DNA of 63,194 bases, filler included, from Chiloscyllium plagiosum (Eukaryota): NCBI RefSeq assembly GCF_004010195.1. It is 3 parts of one record of this genome, joined end to end, with 100 filler letters (N's around TTAATTAATTAA, not from the genome) between each part and the next. Parts side by side here need not be neighbours in the genome. Positions count along the whole stretch, not along the records: positions 32,077 to 57,144 come from NC_057711.1; 2 more parts are not named here. One strand, 5' to 3'. A model generated the notes under the pieces. That model was not told the DNA's origin and did no database searches. It saw only the letters and a program-made list of their open reading frames with translations. A program made the position numbers and the translations under genes. Shown piece by piece: positions 36,869 through 49,582 of this stretch (position 1 is the stretch's first letter; each line of letters starts with the position of its first letter).

Positions 36869-36922
36869 AGTGGCAATTTTCTCTACGTAGGTCTTCATTG
36901 TTTTCACAATAATCTTTCTGTC
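36869..36922 (-). CDS. PUM3: PUM3 exon (DRKIIVKTMKTYVEKIAT)
   Basis: cttag|GAC...ACT|gtaag, 54 nt. Confidence 0.95.
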
Positions 36923-37800
36923 CTAAGAAGAAAACAAACAACTTTTAGTAAAGAATTGTAACTGAATTCTTACGTATAAGTAACTAATCAAAACAGAAAT
37001 CTGTTTAAAAACTACATTGAAACAGAAACCGAATTAAGTGATCAGTTTATAATTTGCTTCTTTCACAGCATCAAACAAAATTGTTTAATTGTGACCTAGT
37101 TTACACCCAATCCCTCACTTTCATCCTTCTTTTGAAAATGCCATTAGCTGCCAGTTGTGCTCTACTGAATCCAAATGTCCAATCTCACGCTGAAACCTTC
37201 AGTATATTGACAGACGATTCATCCATCACAGTTCTTATGTGATATTCATCTGTATGCAGCTCTATTGGCATTACTGCACAGTGATGAGGAGCGAGAACTG
37301 TGAACAACCACACCTTCCCTAATTCAAGGGATATTGAGGTTACTTGTCATGCCCTATAATTGCATCACCAATACTCACTTTCATCCTGCCTACTGTCAAC
37401 AATTTTCACAGAAACTGTGAACCAAAGTGGAAATCTGACTGGCCTGAATAAGACAGCAAACAGCTCAGCATAAGGGGAGCTCCGAGACTGAATTACATGC
37501 AAAAATCATGAAACAGTATTCGACACCTTTCTATTTACAACAACATTGAAAATCAGGTCAGAAACAAACACTCTTGAATATGAAAAAGAAACTAACTGGA
37601 GAAGTTAAGCTAAAGTTATCCAGGTGTTTTCCTATCGTACAGATTCAGGTGTTAGAACATTTTCTTCAGCATGGTTTGTCAATCACGCGATCAATTATTT
37701 ATCTACGGGTTCATCCAGGTACTTTCCTGAAAAAAATACATTGCACAATAAACATCAAATGATTAAAAAAAAGCAAAATGCTCTGTTCCTCTTGACTTAC

Positions 37801-37899
37801 TTTCGCGGTTCCATGCCATAAACAGTGCATTGCCACTCTGCTTCCATCATGTGTATGAGCCATATAAATGGCTGCTTCTCGCACAGCTTCTATCATTTC
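37801..37899 (-). CDS. PUM3: PUM3 exon (EMIEAVREAAIYMAHTHDGSRVAMHCLWHGTAK)
   Basis: ttcag|GAA...AAA|gtaag, 99 nt. Confidence 0.96.
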
Positions 37900-39951
37900 C
37901 TGAATTCAGAAATTTCAGATAATTACTTCAGTGTATATACAACCACCATTAATCCTTCAGTCTGGCGATCATTAATTGAAACAAACAAGATAATGACCAA
38001 ACAAGCAACAAATCAGAAGTGAAACCTATTCTGAAAGCTGAAGTTTCATCAAGGGACAAACCTACATTAAAATTTATTCAAGGTTCATTTGATCCATCAA
38101 GCAACCAAACTCCAAAATTCATTATTTTTCCTTCTCCCGCTCATTTTATTGAAGTATATTGCAACAAACACAATGCTCAGAATCAAAACATTTATATTTG
38201 AGATAAAATTTCAGCAGGTCTAGAAGCATATGTGGGATGGAAAAGGCCTTTGACACAAAACATTTCACACTATGCAGATGCTCCCAAGCCTTTCATCACT
38301 TCCCTTCATTTGATTTTAGATTTCTATTTCCTGGAGTGTTTTGCTTGTATTAGTATTAATAATTTGAATGTACTTTAAAATGTTTCTTCAAAATATCAGT
38401 CTCTGCCTGCACCAATGGCTAGCCAGAAAACAGAATAAAATAACAACCAATTTAACATGCAAGAATAAGCCATCCTTGAACAACTGAATGATGATTATAA
38501 CTTCAAGCATTAGACGACCACTGTGAGTCATACAAACAGGGGTACATGTCACTAGGCTCTTCATCTAGACAGACCCGAGCATCAACAGTTCAAACCCCAC
38601 TAGAGTCTCTGGTGGAGTCTAAACTCGATGAATAAATCCAGTGCATTGAGTTGGTCTTGGTACCGATGACTGTGAAACTATCGAGTCGGTTCTCTAATGC
38701 TCTGAAGGAAAGCTGCCATCCTTTTCTGGTCTGGCCTCCATTTAACTCCAGAACCACAGCAATGTGGTTGACTTTTAACTTCCCCTCTGAAATAGTGAGC
38801 TACTCAGTTCAGGTGCAGTTGAATATTAACGACAATCGTTGGCTGCGTCAACAATGCTCATGTATCACAAAAGAATAAAGGTTTGATATTATTTGAATAA
38901 ATCAATGAAGCTACACCAAGGCATCCATATTTTGGAATTGTTGCAGTGGCACACCTCACCATGATTAAATAAACAATGTGTTTCATTGAACACACTGTGC
39001 AAGACCTTTTGCACTGATCTGCATGCAGTTTGCAACATCCTACACACAGCACTCTTTTGTTTTTTGAAATATGGTTTATGCATAAACAGAAACAGAACTT
39101 GCTGGAAAAATTCAGCACATCTAGCAGCATCTTTGGAGAGAAAGCAGAGTAAATGGTCTGATCCAGTGACTCTTCTGCAGAACTGCAGTTAACTCTGCTT
39201 TCTCTCCAAAGATGTTACCAGGTATGTTGAGTTTTTCCAGCAATTTTTGTATTTTTCTGGTTTCCAGTGTCTGCAGTTTTTAGGATTTTATGGTTTATGT
39301 ACGGTCAGCATTCCCACCTGGAACAGACATGTTCAACTATTAATTTTGGTTCTCAGTATTGTACACTACATTTTTTATTTGTGCATGTGATGTGGGCATT
39401 GCTGGTTAGGGCACTATTACTTTATGAGTTCACACAAAATCTTATACGTGCCTAGAATTCCTAACACAGTAAGGTGCTTCATTTGATTATCAACGTTAAC
39501 GAGTAACTCAAGAGTGAACACTCAGTCAACTAAAGTTTCTAATTGGCTATCAAAAAATATAGCTGAAACTTTATTGCTGGAACAGCACAGCAGGTCAGGC
39601 AGCATCTAGGGAACAGAAGATTCGACGTTTCGGGCACATGCCCTTCTTCAGGATAATATAATCAAGATGAAAAGGGCCATTGCAGTTGATCAAAGACAAT
39701 AATAATAGATAGTTTTCATGAACAAAATATCAGCTCAGCTGCATGTCAAATGAGCTACTAATTACAGCTCAACCAAGTCAACCTGAAATCTTCTGTTAGT
39801 TTCAAAAAGGACTAAATTAAGGATTCACAAGTATACATATATTTGATGATAGACACAAAGGTTTAAATCCACAAGCTAGAAAGTTCAATGTTAACAAATC
39901 CTTCAAAACAGATTAAAACAATTACGTAAAATAGAGAGAGAAATCATTTAC

Positions 39952-40030
39952 CGTTCTCATTTTCTCAGGGCAGTGTGTGAAGAAGTCCAAGAATGCCTTG
40001 TGTACCAACGTGTGCTTTATTACTGCTTCT
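39952..40030 (-). CDS. PUM3: PUM3 exon (EAVIKHTLVHKAFLDFFTHCPEKMRT)
   Basis: tctag|A...ACG|gtaaa, 79 nt. Confidence 0.95.
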
Positions 40031-40204
40031 CTAGAGATATCCAAGGAGATAAAGTGAATTAAACTACATTTATATGATTAACATCGAATGAAAACTGCAC
40101 CAACAGGTTAGTTAAGCAGAAGAAACATGTGCATATTTAAAGCAGTTCCCAACTGATTCAGCCAATTAATGTTACACTTCTCCATAACCTTTTGCAAGAT
40201 GCCT

Positions 40205-41129
40205 CCTTGTTGGAGCAGGCCCCCCCCTTGTTGGAGCAGGCCCCCCCCTTGTTGGAGCAGGCCCCCCCCTTGTTGGAGCAGGCCCACCCTTGTTGGAAGC
40301 AGGCCCCCCCCTTGTTGGAGCAGGCCCCCCCCTTGTTGGAGCAGGCCCCCCCCTTGTTGGAGCAGGCCCCCCCCTTGTTGGAGCAGGCCCCCCCCTTGTT
40401 GGAGCAGGCCCCCCCCTTGTTGGAGCAGGCCCCCCCCTTGTTGGAGCAGGCCCCCCCCTTGTTGGAGCAGGCCCCCCCCTTGTTGGAGCAGGCCCCCCCC
40501 TTGTTGGAGCAGGCCCCCCCCTTGTTGGAGCAGGCCCCCCCCTTGTTGGAGCAGGCCCCCCCCTTGTTGGAGCAGGCCCCCCCCTTGTTGGAGCAGGCCC
40601 CCCCCTTGTTGGAGCAGGCCCCCCCCTTGTTGGAGCAGGCCCCCCCCTTGTTGGAGCAGGCCCCCCCCTTGTTGGAGCAGGCCCCCCCCTTGTTGGAGCA
40701 GGCCCCCCCCTTGTTGGAGCAGGCCCCCCCCTTGTTGGAGCAGGCCCCCCCCTTGTTGGAGCAGGCCCCCCCCTTGTTGGAGCAGGCCCCCCCCTTGTTG
40801 GAGCAGGCCCCCCCCTTGTTGGAGCAGGCCCCCCCCTTGTTGGAGCAGGCCCCCCCCTTGTTGGAGCAGGCCCCCCCCTTGTTGGAGCAGGCCCCCCCCT
40901 TGTTGGAGCAGGCCCCCCCCTTGTTGGAGCAGGCCCCCCCCTTGTTGGAGCAGGCCCCCCCCTTGTTGGAGCAGGCCCCCCCCTTGTTGGAGCAGGCCCC
41001 CCCCTTGTTGGAGCAGGCCCCCCCCTTGTTGGAGCAGGCCCCCCCCTTGTTGGAGCAGGCCCCCCCCTTGTTGGAGCAGGCCCCCCCCTTGTTGGAGCAG
41101 GCCCCCCCCTTGTTGGAGCAGGCCCCCCC
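40205..41129. repeat. 21-bp minisatellite (GGCCCCCCCCTTGTTGGAGCA)n, about 44 copies
   Basis: Near-perfect tandem array with one variant unit near 40281-40302. Confidence 0.97.
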
Positions 41130-41414
41130 TGGGTAAATGTATGGTAGATATTAAATAGTGCGGATAATTTTCCTCATCCTCCTCAAAGATCATCCTTCCA
41201 CCCATTTGCTTTCATCTGCAGATTTTTATATACTACATGCAGTTGAGAATGTTGTGCTGGAGAAGCACAGCAGGTCAGGCAGCATCCAAGGAGCAGGAGA
41301 ATCGATGTTTTGGGCATTGGCCCTTCATCAGGAATGGTCTCCTAGCACAAATACCTGCAGTACCCCACCATGACACCCCACAGTAGCCTCATAGTACTTT
41401 GGCTTGTCTTGCCT

Positions 41415-41685
41415 TTAAGTTCTTCTCTCTAATGAAAACAGCCTCAAGTCCCTCAGCTTTTCCTTGTAAGATCTTCCTACCATACCAGGCAACATCCTGG
41501 TAAACCTCCTCTGCACCCGTTCCAGTGCCTCCACATCCTTCCTATAGTATGGCGACCAAAACTGCACACAATACTCCAGATGCGGCCGCACCAGAGTCTT
41601 ATACAACTGCAACATGATCTCAGGGCTCCGGAACTCAATTCCTCTACCAATAAAAGCCAGATTCCTCTACCAATAAAAGCCAGGT
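41415..41685 (-). mobile_element. CR1-type LINE RT fragment
   Basis: LYKTLVRPHLEYCVQFWSPYYRKDVEALERVQRRFTRMLPG. Confidence 0.9.
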
Positions 41686-42229
41686 GTGGGATAGAATAAA
41701 ATTACAGCAAGCTGAAAAAAATGGGGATGATGTACATTAATTTAGGATACTTGCTGGGCATGGACAAGTTGGATCAAAGGGTCTGTTTCCTTGCTGTACA
41801 TCTCTATGACTTGATTATGTTGTCTGGCCAAAAAAAATCTACTTTACTTAAAAGGTGAAATAGCTCTGGAATAGAATTCCTTAATAATTCAAGAAGGCAT
41901 TTTATGAAAAGGTATGACCAGAACAGAAAGAATGGAACAGAAACTGATCAGAGAAATAATTAATAGCTCAGGTTTACAAGGGGCTGGAGGGGGTTTCTTG
42001 ACACAGAATTCCTTACAGGGTTAATGACTCTTTCCCCACCCCTCCTCATATCTGACTTGTGCTGACTAAAGGACTGAGGTACAGGATTGTAACCGTGTGC
42101 ATCAGAAGATCAAATCACATACTTGAAATAGAGATATATTTTGTTTGGAAGTAATTTGGAATGAGGTAACTTGTTTTGTTTTAATTTAAAAGACTCAATA
42201 TGTTATAAAGTCACCAATAGTTTTCTTAC

Positions 42230-42333
42230 TTCTGTGCCATAGGAGTGAGGATTTCTTTCATTTCTCCCATTATACTTTCTCGTTTGTCAGGATTGAATTC
42301 CAGAACTTTGTCCAATGTTGGACAAAATACAGA
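42230..42333 (-). CDS. PUM3: PUM3 exon (SVFCPTLDKVLEFNPDKRESIMGEMKEILTPMAQK)
   Basis: actag|TCT...AA|gtaag, 104 nt. Confidence 0.95.
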
Positions 42334-43824
42334 CTAGTAAATAAAAGAAACACAAATGGTACAATTCATTCCAAATACTGATAAAAGAAAAACTTTTAAA
42401 AGCATGTTCTAAAATCATATTATACTGACATGCTACACATTAACTACATTGCAACTTCTTTGTACAGCATCACTGATGCCTGGTTGTATGTGGAAGACAC
42501 TCAATAATAAGATTAACTCAATGTGCTGGAAACTGATAGGACAAAGCCAAATCTCAGAAGTCTCTATCACATTATTGTTATGCACCACGTCATCTCTTTT
42601 GGAGCACATAGATACTTTTCATCTAAACCTACACTGTCTTTACTACATTTTGTTGTACAATAGCAATTATAGTCTATTAAGTCTAAAATGAAAACTCTAA
42701 AATTAAAGTGGGGGGAGGGGGGAGGCAGGAGGTCGATCAGGTTGTATGTTGATAATTAAGTTTTTTCTATTCTTTCAGAAGGTGTGGGTGTCACTGCAAG
42801 GTGAAGCAATATTTCCTTGGACTGTTGGAATTCTGTAACGTGGCAGAAACAGTATAAATGTTTTAATTAGCTCTAAAAATGTGGGTTGAGGAGGGAGTTT
42901 AAATAGCATGTTCAAACATACAGCATTGACATTAATGGCCCTGATTATCCAGTCCAGCTCCTGAAAGATACACGTTTGGGTCAGGTAGAAGTTCCAAAGC
43001 ACTGACTCTGCATGAATTTGCGCATTTGCCAAGTTTTCCCTCAAGACGCTGGGCAGAGTGCAGATAAGATCAGAAATGATATATAGACAAATGGTAAACA
43101 AAAATCAACTGAGGGTGCTGAATAAAACTTTTTAAAATTTTGATAGCATTGACACACAATGTTTGCTGCTGTGGTGCAAAACGTAACTAGAGATCATCAA
43201 CATAAGGATATACTACACTGGTCAGGAATCCCTCACCTGAAAACCTTGGGAACAACGGGATTTCAGATAAAGGGTCTACTAGTCTGTTCAGGCCCCTTGG
43301 AAAAAACTTTGCTTAACTTAAATGTGAAGCTTTTTTTTTCAAAGTGCCTGAAGGAACCTGTAGACACAGAGTGCAGCACTTTAGAAAATAAACTTCGCTT
43401 TGAGATCCATTCAGGGCTAGCTAGATTTCTGTTCCAAAGGGTCAGAAGGCAGTGTCTCGACAAGTCTGCTTCTGATAAAGTTTTTGGTTTTTAGGTCTTT
43501 TCAGTTTTCAGACATTTGGATAATCAACATCTAAACTACAACAGTAAAATAATCAAATAGGAAGTTGAAAAGAATTTTTTCCAGCTAAAGGATGGCGAGA
43601 TTGTGGGAACTTGCTACCACAGGGAGCAGTTGAAGTACACATTATAGGTGTAGATGAGTGGAAATTAGGCAAACACATGAGGGGAAAGAATAGGATACAG
43701 TGGTACGTTTAAAGGAGGAAACATGAGAGGAGGCTTAAGTGATGTACAAACACTGATACAGCTCAGTTGGAATGAATGGTTAGGGTCTGCCCATACATGA
43801 TCTATAATCCGAAATCACCAAAGA

Positions 43825-44950
43825 AGTTAGTAAGTTTGCAGATCACACCAAAATTGGAGGGGTAGTGGACAGCGAAGGAGGTTACCTCAGATTGCAATGG
43901 GATCTTGATCTGCTGGAAAAACACAGCAGAATCGACGTTTTGGGGAAATTCCTGAAGAAGGGCTTATGCCCGAAACGTCGATTCTCCTGCTCCTCGGATG
44001 CTGCCTGGTCTGCTGCATTTTTCCAACAATGGTACTCCAGCATCTGCAGTACTCACTTTCTCCCAGATGGGTCAATGGGCTAAGGAGTGGCAGATGGAGT
44101 TTAATTTAGGTAAATGTGAGGTGCTGCATTTTGGAAAAGCAAATCAGTGCACAACTTATATGCTTAATGTTAAGGTCCTAGAGAGTGTTGCTGAATGAAG
44201 AGACCTTGGAGTGCAGTAGAGTCACAGGTAGATAGGATAGTTAGCAAGTGACAGAACATCTGAAAATGAACCTTCCAGCTCAGTGAACAAACCTAACCCA
44301 GATAGGATAGTGAAGATGGCATTTGATATGCTTCCCTTTATTAGCAAGAACATTGCCGATAGGAGTTGGGAGGTCATGTTGCGGCTGTACAGGACTATGG
44401 TTAGGCCACTGTTGGAATATTGCATGCAATTCTGGTCTCCTTCCTATCGGAAGGATGTTGTGAATCTTGAAAGGATTCAGAAAAGATTTACAAGAATGTC
44501 GCCAGGTTTGGAGGATTTTAGTTACAGGGAGAGGCTGAACAGGCTGGGGCTGTTTTCCCCGGACCGTTAGAGGCTGAGGGGTGACCTTATAGAGGTTTAC
44601 AAAATCAGGAAGGGCATGAAGAGGATAAACAGACAAAGTCTTTTCCCTGGTTTGGGGGAAGTCCAGAACTAGAGGGCATAGGTTTAGGGTGAGAGGGGAA
44701 AGATATAAAAGGGACCTAAGGGGCAACATTTTCACGCAGACGGTGGTGCATATATGGCATGAGGTGCCAGAAGAAGTGGTGGAGACTGGTACAATTACAG
44801 CATTTAAAAGGCATCTGCTTGGGTATATGAATAGCAAGGGATATGGGCCAAGTGCTGGCAAATAGGACTAGATTAGGTTAGGATACCTGGTTAGCATGGA
44901 CGAGTTGGACTGAATGGTCTGTATCCGTACTGTACAGCTCTATGATTCTA
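43825..44950 (+). mobile_element. CR1-type LINE 3' portion carrying two nested PLE-related inserts (about 43911-44064 and 44242-44299)
   Basis: KFADHTKIGGVVDSEGGYLRLQWDLD...WQMEFNLGKCEVLHFG...LEYCMQFWSP; tail ctctatgattcta. Confidence 0.9.
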
Positions 44951-45282
44951 TTAACATTTTTTCATTTTGAAATGAATAAACTATTTAATTTGATACATGA
45001 ACACAGCAACATTACGAAGGTTGTTAGAAATGACAGCTTCCTTCCTATGGTGTGCATTGTCTTGCAACTACCCCTTTCCAAGCATGGTGCTTAAAACTGA
45101 AAGCGGAACTGGTCAGATTTTATTCAGTTCAGATTGATCACCCTCAACTACAAAATCAAAAGGACACAGTCAGAAGGAAATATTCAACTGTAATATTTCG
45201 AACTAGACTAGAATGGAGGGAAGGAAAAATGTAGTTCAAAATTAGAGTAATAATGTTTGCATATAAAAGGAGAAAAAAAAAA

Positions 45283-45630
45283 GATTCATTGGATCCCTAC
45301 AATGTAGAAGCAGGCCATTCAACCCACCAAGTCCACACCGACGCTCCGAACAGCATCTCTCCCAGATCCCATCCCCGTAACCCCACTTTTCTTATGGCTA
45401 TTCCACCTAGCCTGCACATCCCTGTACACTCTGGGTCAATTTGACATGGTCAATCCACCTAACCTGAAAATCTTTGTACTATGGACGGAAACTGGAGCAG
45501 CCCAGAGGTAATCCACACAGACACGGGGAGAATGTACAAACACCACACAGACACTCGCCAGGGGGTGGAATTGAACCTGGGTCCCTGATGCTGTGAGGCA
45601 GCAGTGCTAACCACAGAGCCACAGTGCGGC
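45283..45630 (-). mobile_element. HE1-type V-SINE
   Basis: tRNA head and V-domain on minus strand. Confidence 0.85.
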
Positions 45631-45835
45631 AGGTAATTGGAAACACTTCAAAAGGTTGTTAAAATAGCGTGTGTGACTATTTGAGTTAATGCAAGTGTCG
45701 ATCCTCTCATTGGCAATTTATCACATTTGTATTAATATTTATTTCAGTTACAGTATAGAAATAAAAATGGTTAAAATTGACAAAGACACAACAAAACCTT
45801 TTTTTCTGGACTCAAATACAAGTGTTAAAAATTAC

Positions 45836-46010
45836 CTTGCAAATCATGAACATGTTTCCATAAAGTTCCTCTGTTAGCATTTTCCTCTGTTCGAATATCG
45901 CTTTGTCATTGTACGCATATTCCACAATTGCTGATGCCTCAGAATGTCGTAACATTTTTTTCACTTCACCTTTAAAACTTTTGATTATTTCTGCTACTTG
46001 CTGCTTGGTT
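45836..46010 (-). CDS. PUM3: PUM3 exon (TKQQVAEIIKSFKGEVKKMLRHSEASAIVEYAYNDKAIFEQRKMLTEELYGNMFMICK)
   Basis: gccag|A...AAG|gtaat, 175 nt. Confidence 0.96.
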
Positions 46011-46832
46011 CTGGCAAAAATAAATCCCACATGAAATCTATTTAGACTAATAAGTTGCATAGCAGCAAAAGATTTTATTTAATAAGTTCACACTTAGAAT
46101 AATTTCGCTACTGCTCAAAATCAAAGCAAGCATTATAAAAATTAATATTTGGCAGATACCCATAAAGAAAAATTAACAGCTCATCTAAGTGCACTCAAGA
46201 ATTTGTTAGATGTTAATCAATAATAAACTCCACCCACTTTACCTGTAGTTTCACTGATCTCTGTACATATTTGTTGCAGAGAGAGAACTGGCATCCAATG
46301 CTGAATACTTCCCCTTTTTAGCTTCCACAAAATGAAGAGATCATTTTAAGAAGCAAAAGGATTACCCCAGTATCAATAAAGCAAACAGAAAAGCTATGAC
46401 AAGACCAGAACTATAGTCTTTCGGCTCCAAACCCCATCTATCATTTCTGCAGGTATTCCATCACATCCTCCTGCTTCTTTTGCTTTCACTTACTTCCTAC
46501 TCCAGAAGATTATGTCCTAAACCATCCTGGGAAATGCTTTTTTTGCCTTATTCTAGTTCTGTTGGTTTGCCATCTGTGTCATACAGGTCTTGATGTACTC
46601 TTTCCACTTATTATTTTATTCAATTTCTATAAGAGGCATATTACCTCTGCTACCGATTCCTCTTTCAGCTCGTTTGCGCCCCCTTCCTTTCATCAATTTC
46701 TGTCTTTTCTCATAAAAGGTGCCTGCCTTTCCTTCTTTCTTTGAAGTTCTACCTATTCTCTATACTGATTTCCCATTAAAAAATCTCTTACTCAGTCTGT
46801 CTTTTTTCTTTTCATTTGTTGCTTGTTTGCTC

Positions 46833-47330
46833 TAGAACAAAGAGCAAAACAGCACAGGAAAAGGCACTTCATCCCTTCAAGCCTGCGCTGACACATTTTG
46901 CCCTTCCATACTAAAACGGTCTTCACTTACAGGATCCATATCTATACACTTCCTATTTGTGTATTTTTTCAGGCGCTTTTTAAATGCTGCTACTGGCTTT
47001 GCTTCTAACACCTCCTCTAGTAGTGCAATCCGGGAACTCATCACCCTTTGTGTGAAAAATATACCTCGCACACTTCTTTTAAACTCCCCCCCCCTTGAAC
47101 CTGTGTCCCCTAGTAATTGACCCCTCCGCCCTGGGAAAAAGTCTGATATGTTCCACTCTATCCATGCCATTCACAATCTTATAAACTTCTATCAGGTGAA
47201 AACAAACCCAGTCTATCCGACCTTTCTTCATAAGCTGAAATCCCCCATACCAGGCAACATCCTGGTGAACCTTTTTTCACTCTCTCCAAAGCATCCACAT
47301 CTTTCTGGTAATGTGGTGACCTCAACTGTG
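46833..47330 (-). mobile_element. CR1-type LINE 3' end (diverged)
   Basis: GGEFKRSVRGIFFTQRVM...FKKRL on minus strand. Confidence 0.8.
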
Positions 47331-47399
47331 CGCAAAGAACTTAGAAAGGTTAAGGGGAAATCTGGTTGAAGTCTTCATGACATTATCAGTAAGAGACAG

Positions 47400-47737
47400 G
47401 GTCAATAAACATTAACAATTTCCACTGGTCGGGGATTCTAGAGCTTGGGGGCACAGTCTAAAAATTAGGGCCCGACTGTTCAGGGGAGATGCCAGAAAGC
47501 ATTTTTACACAAAAAGGTGGTAGAAGCTCGGAACTCTATTCCACAAATGTCAGTTGATGTTTGATGAGTTGGTTGTTTAAAATCTAAGAGAGATAAACTT
47601 CAGCTAAGCAAAGATGTTAAGGAAATATTGGCCAAAGGCAAGCATTTGGAGTTGGGCCACAGATCAGCCATGATCTTACTGAATGGTGGAACAGGCTGGA
47701 GGGGCTGAATGGCCTCCTCCTCCTCCTGTTCCTATGT
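47400..47737 (+). mobile_element. CR1-type LINE 3' end (diverged)
   Basis: gggcacagtctaaaaattaggg...cagatcagccatgatctt..gaatgg..ggggctgaatggcctcctcct..gttcctatgt. Confidence 0.75.
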
Positions 47738-48489
47738 TTATCTTCATTCGTGTTTTTAGCCATCGACTTCCATTAGTTTTGCAGAGATTCCTGACCTTCT
47801 ATCTGACTTGCCTTTAAAACATTCCAATGGCCCGTTTTGCATTTTAGAGAGAGAGAGAGCGTGAGAGAGAGCACGCGAGAGAAAAGAGAGGAGCACACCC
47901 ACACATGCCAAACATCTCTAGTGTAGAAGGACAGATTGTTAATGCATATCAAAAACTTCCAAGTGTTCAGAGTGGCAATATTCTAAAGCAAAATAACGTG
48001 ATGGAGTTACTTGAAGACTAGAAAGAGGTAGAGGGACAATGACTGAATGTTAAACAATTTGAAATTGAAAACATGAGGCTTCTATGAGTCACTGAAGGGA
48101 AACAGTTAAGAACATGAAGTGTGAAGAAAGGAGCAGAGGGCTTGCCCTTAGATAGATGTTTGCTACGTCATGGCCTCCACTCAGGAATGTCCCATGTTCA
48201 CATGATACAATATCTGAAACTCCATGCTCAACAAGAAAATCACAGGTATAGCACTTACATTCTTTCATTCCACAATGCAGCACATACAAGCCAAGCTCAG
48301 CAATCTTGTAATCCTAACCCTATTCCCAAATGAGAGGCAGTTTAGGATTTTAGCCCTGACAAAATTTAAGCCACAAGGATAAAGCTGTCATGAAGAACAA
48401 TTTAGCAGATGATTTAGTGTGTTATAAATCCAACAAGTTACATAAATACTGTGCATTCCTGCCTTCAGGAATCTAAACGTTCTACTTAC

Positions 48490-48556
48490 CCATACATCAG
48501 AATTTTTTTTACAATATGTCTGCCATATTTGGATTTGCTTAAACTAACCAAATGCT
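48490..48556 (-). CDS. PUM3: PUM3 exon (EHLVSLSKSKYGRHIVKKILMYG)
   Basis: tacag|AG...GG|gtaag, 67 nt. Confidence 0.95.
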
Positions 48557-48651
48557 CTGTAAATAAAACACAAATCAATGTCAACCAAAAGGAAGCATTT
48601 AAACAATATCTTTTCTCAATGTAATGAGCAGCTTACAAAGAATTTAGGTAC

Positions 48652-48745
48652 CTTTCAATTCCTCAAAGACCTCTTGTCTTTGTTTTTCATCTCCAAACTG
48701 AACATAACACTGGATAACTCGAGCAGAATCGTGTGCAAAAGCAAT
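48652..48745 (-). CDS. PUM3: PUM3 exon (IAFAHDSARVIQCYVQFGDEKQRQEVFEELK)
   Basis: gccag|ATT...G|gtacc, 94 nt. Confidence 0.95.
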
Positions 48746-49506
48746 CTGGCAAAATGGTAAAATACAATTCACCAGAAATTCAAAATCTGCTGCTTCTTTA
48801 ACCACAAGGAATTACAGATTCGGTGAGATAAATTCAGGCGACACAATCCCCAGCAACACTTTCAAGAGCATTTTTGTATCAAGTTAATAATCCAATGCTT
48901 AAAGACATCTTAGAAATCATGCAACTGGGTTTCCTGTGATCGTACTCACAACAAGTCAAATGACACATTGTTTATAAACAGGAGAATAGCAAGTTGGAGC
49001 TGTGCTTAATTTGCCCAAAAGGCAGCAAGGCAGTCTACAAATTAGAATTTAAATGCAATTTGATGACAAGTTTGCCAGATGGAAAACTTCCAATTCCTAG
49101 GCAAGGTAATGAAAAACAGCATGAAGTAACTGCCCATCTGTATTTTTAAATTTCAGCATATGCTAGTGTTAAAGCTAAAATGTGATAGATATGCTCAGAA
49201 TCTGCACAACGCCTCAGGCACCACTTACAGAGAAACCTTTTCCTCTTAAAAAGGACAAAATGTTATATAAATGTGAAAAATAGTGTATTATTCTGTTAAT
49301 GAAGGGGAAGTAAACTTCACTTTTCATCCTAACTGAAAGAAATGAATGATGTGATTCATAGGTTATTGACTGGAACACTCAAAACACCAATTAAAAAAAC
49401 ATTTTCAATATTGGGGCGACATTGAAATTTGAATTGAAGTCACTTTTTACACACGAAATAGACTTAAAACCAAAAGGTTGAAAACAGAAGTTGGAAATAG
49501 CCGTAC

Positions 49507-49582
49507 ATTTTTAATGTTTCCATGGACCAACTTCTGCAATTCTTTCATCAATTCTGCTCTCTTCTCTTTACTGCACTCTTTC
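49507..49582 (-). CDS. PUM3: PUM3 exon (KECSKEKRAELMKELQKLVHGNIKN)
   Basis: tgcag|G...AAT|gtacg, 76 nt. Confidence 0.93.

Noticed and set aside
40205..41129. CRISPR-like array
   Set aside because: Units are contiguous with no unique spacers, the context is eukaryotic, and there are no cas genes
40108..41205. Long 285-365-aa ORFs (LLQQGGG, PPPCWSR and similar) as protein-coding genes
   Set aside because: They arise from a stop-free 21-bp tandem repeat inside a PUM3 intron, with no independent coding evidence
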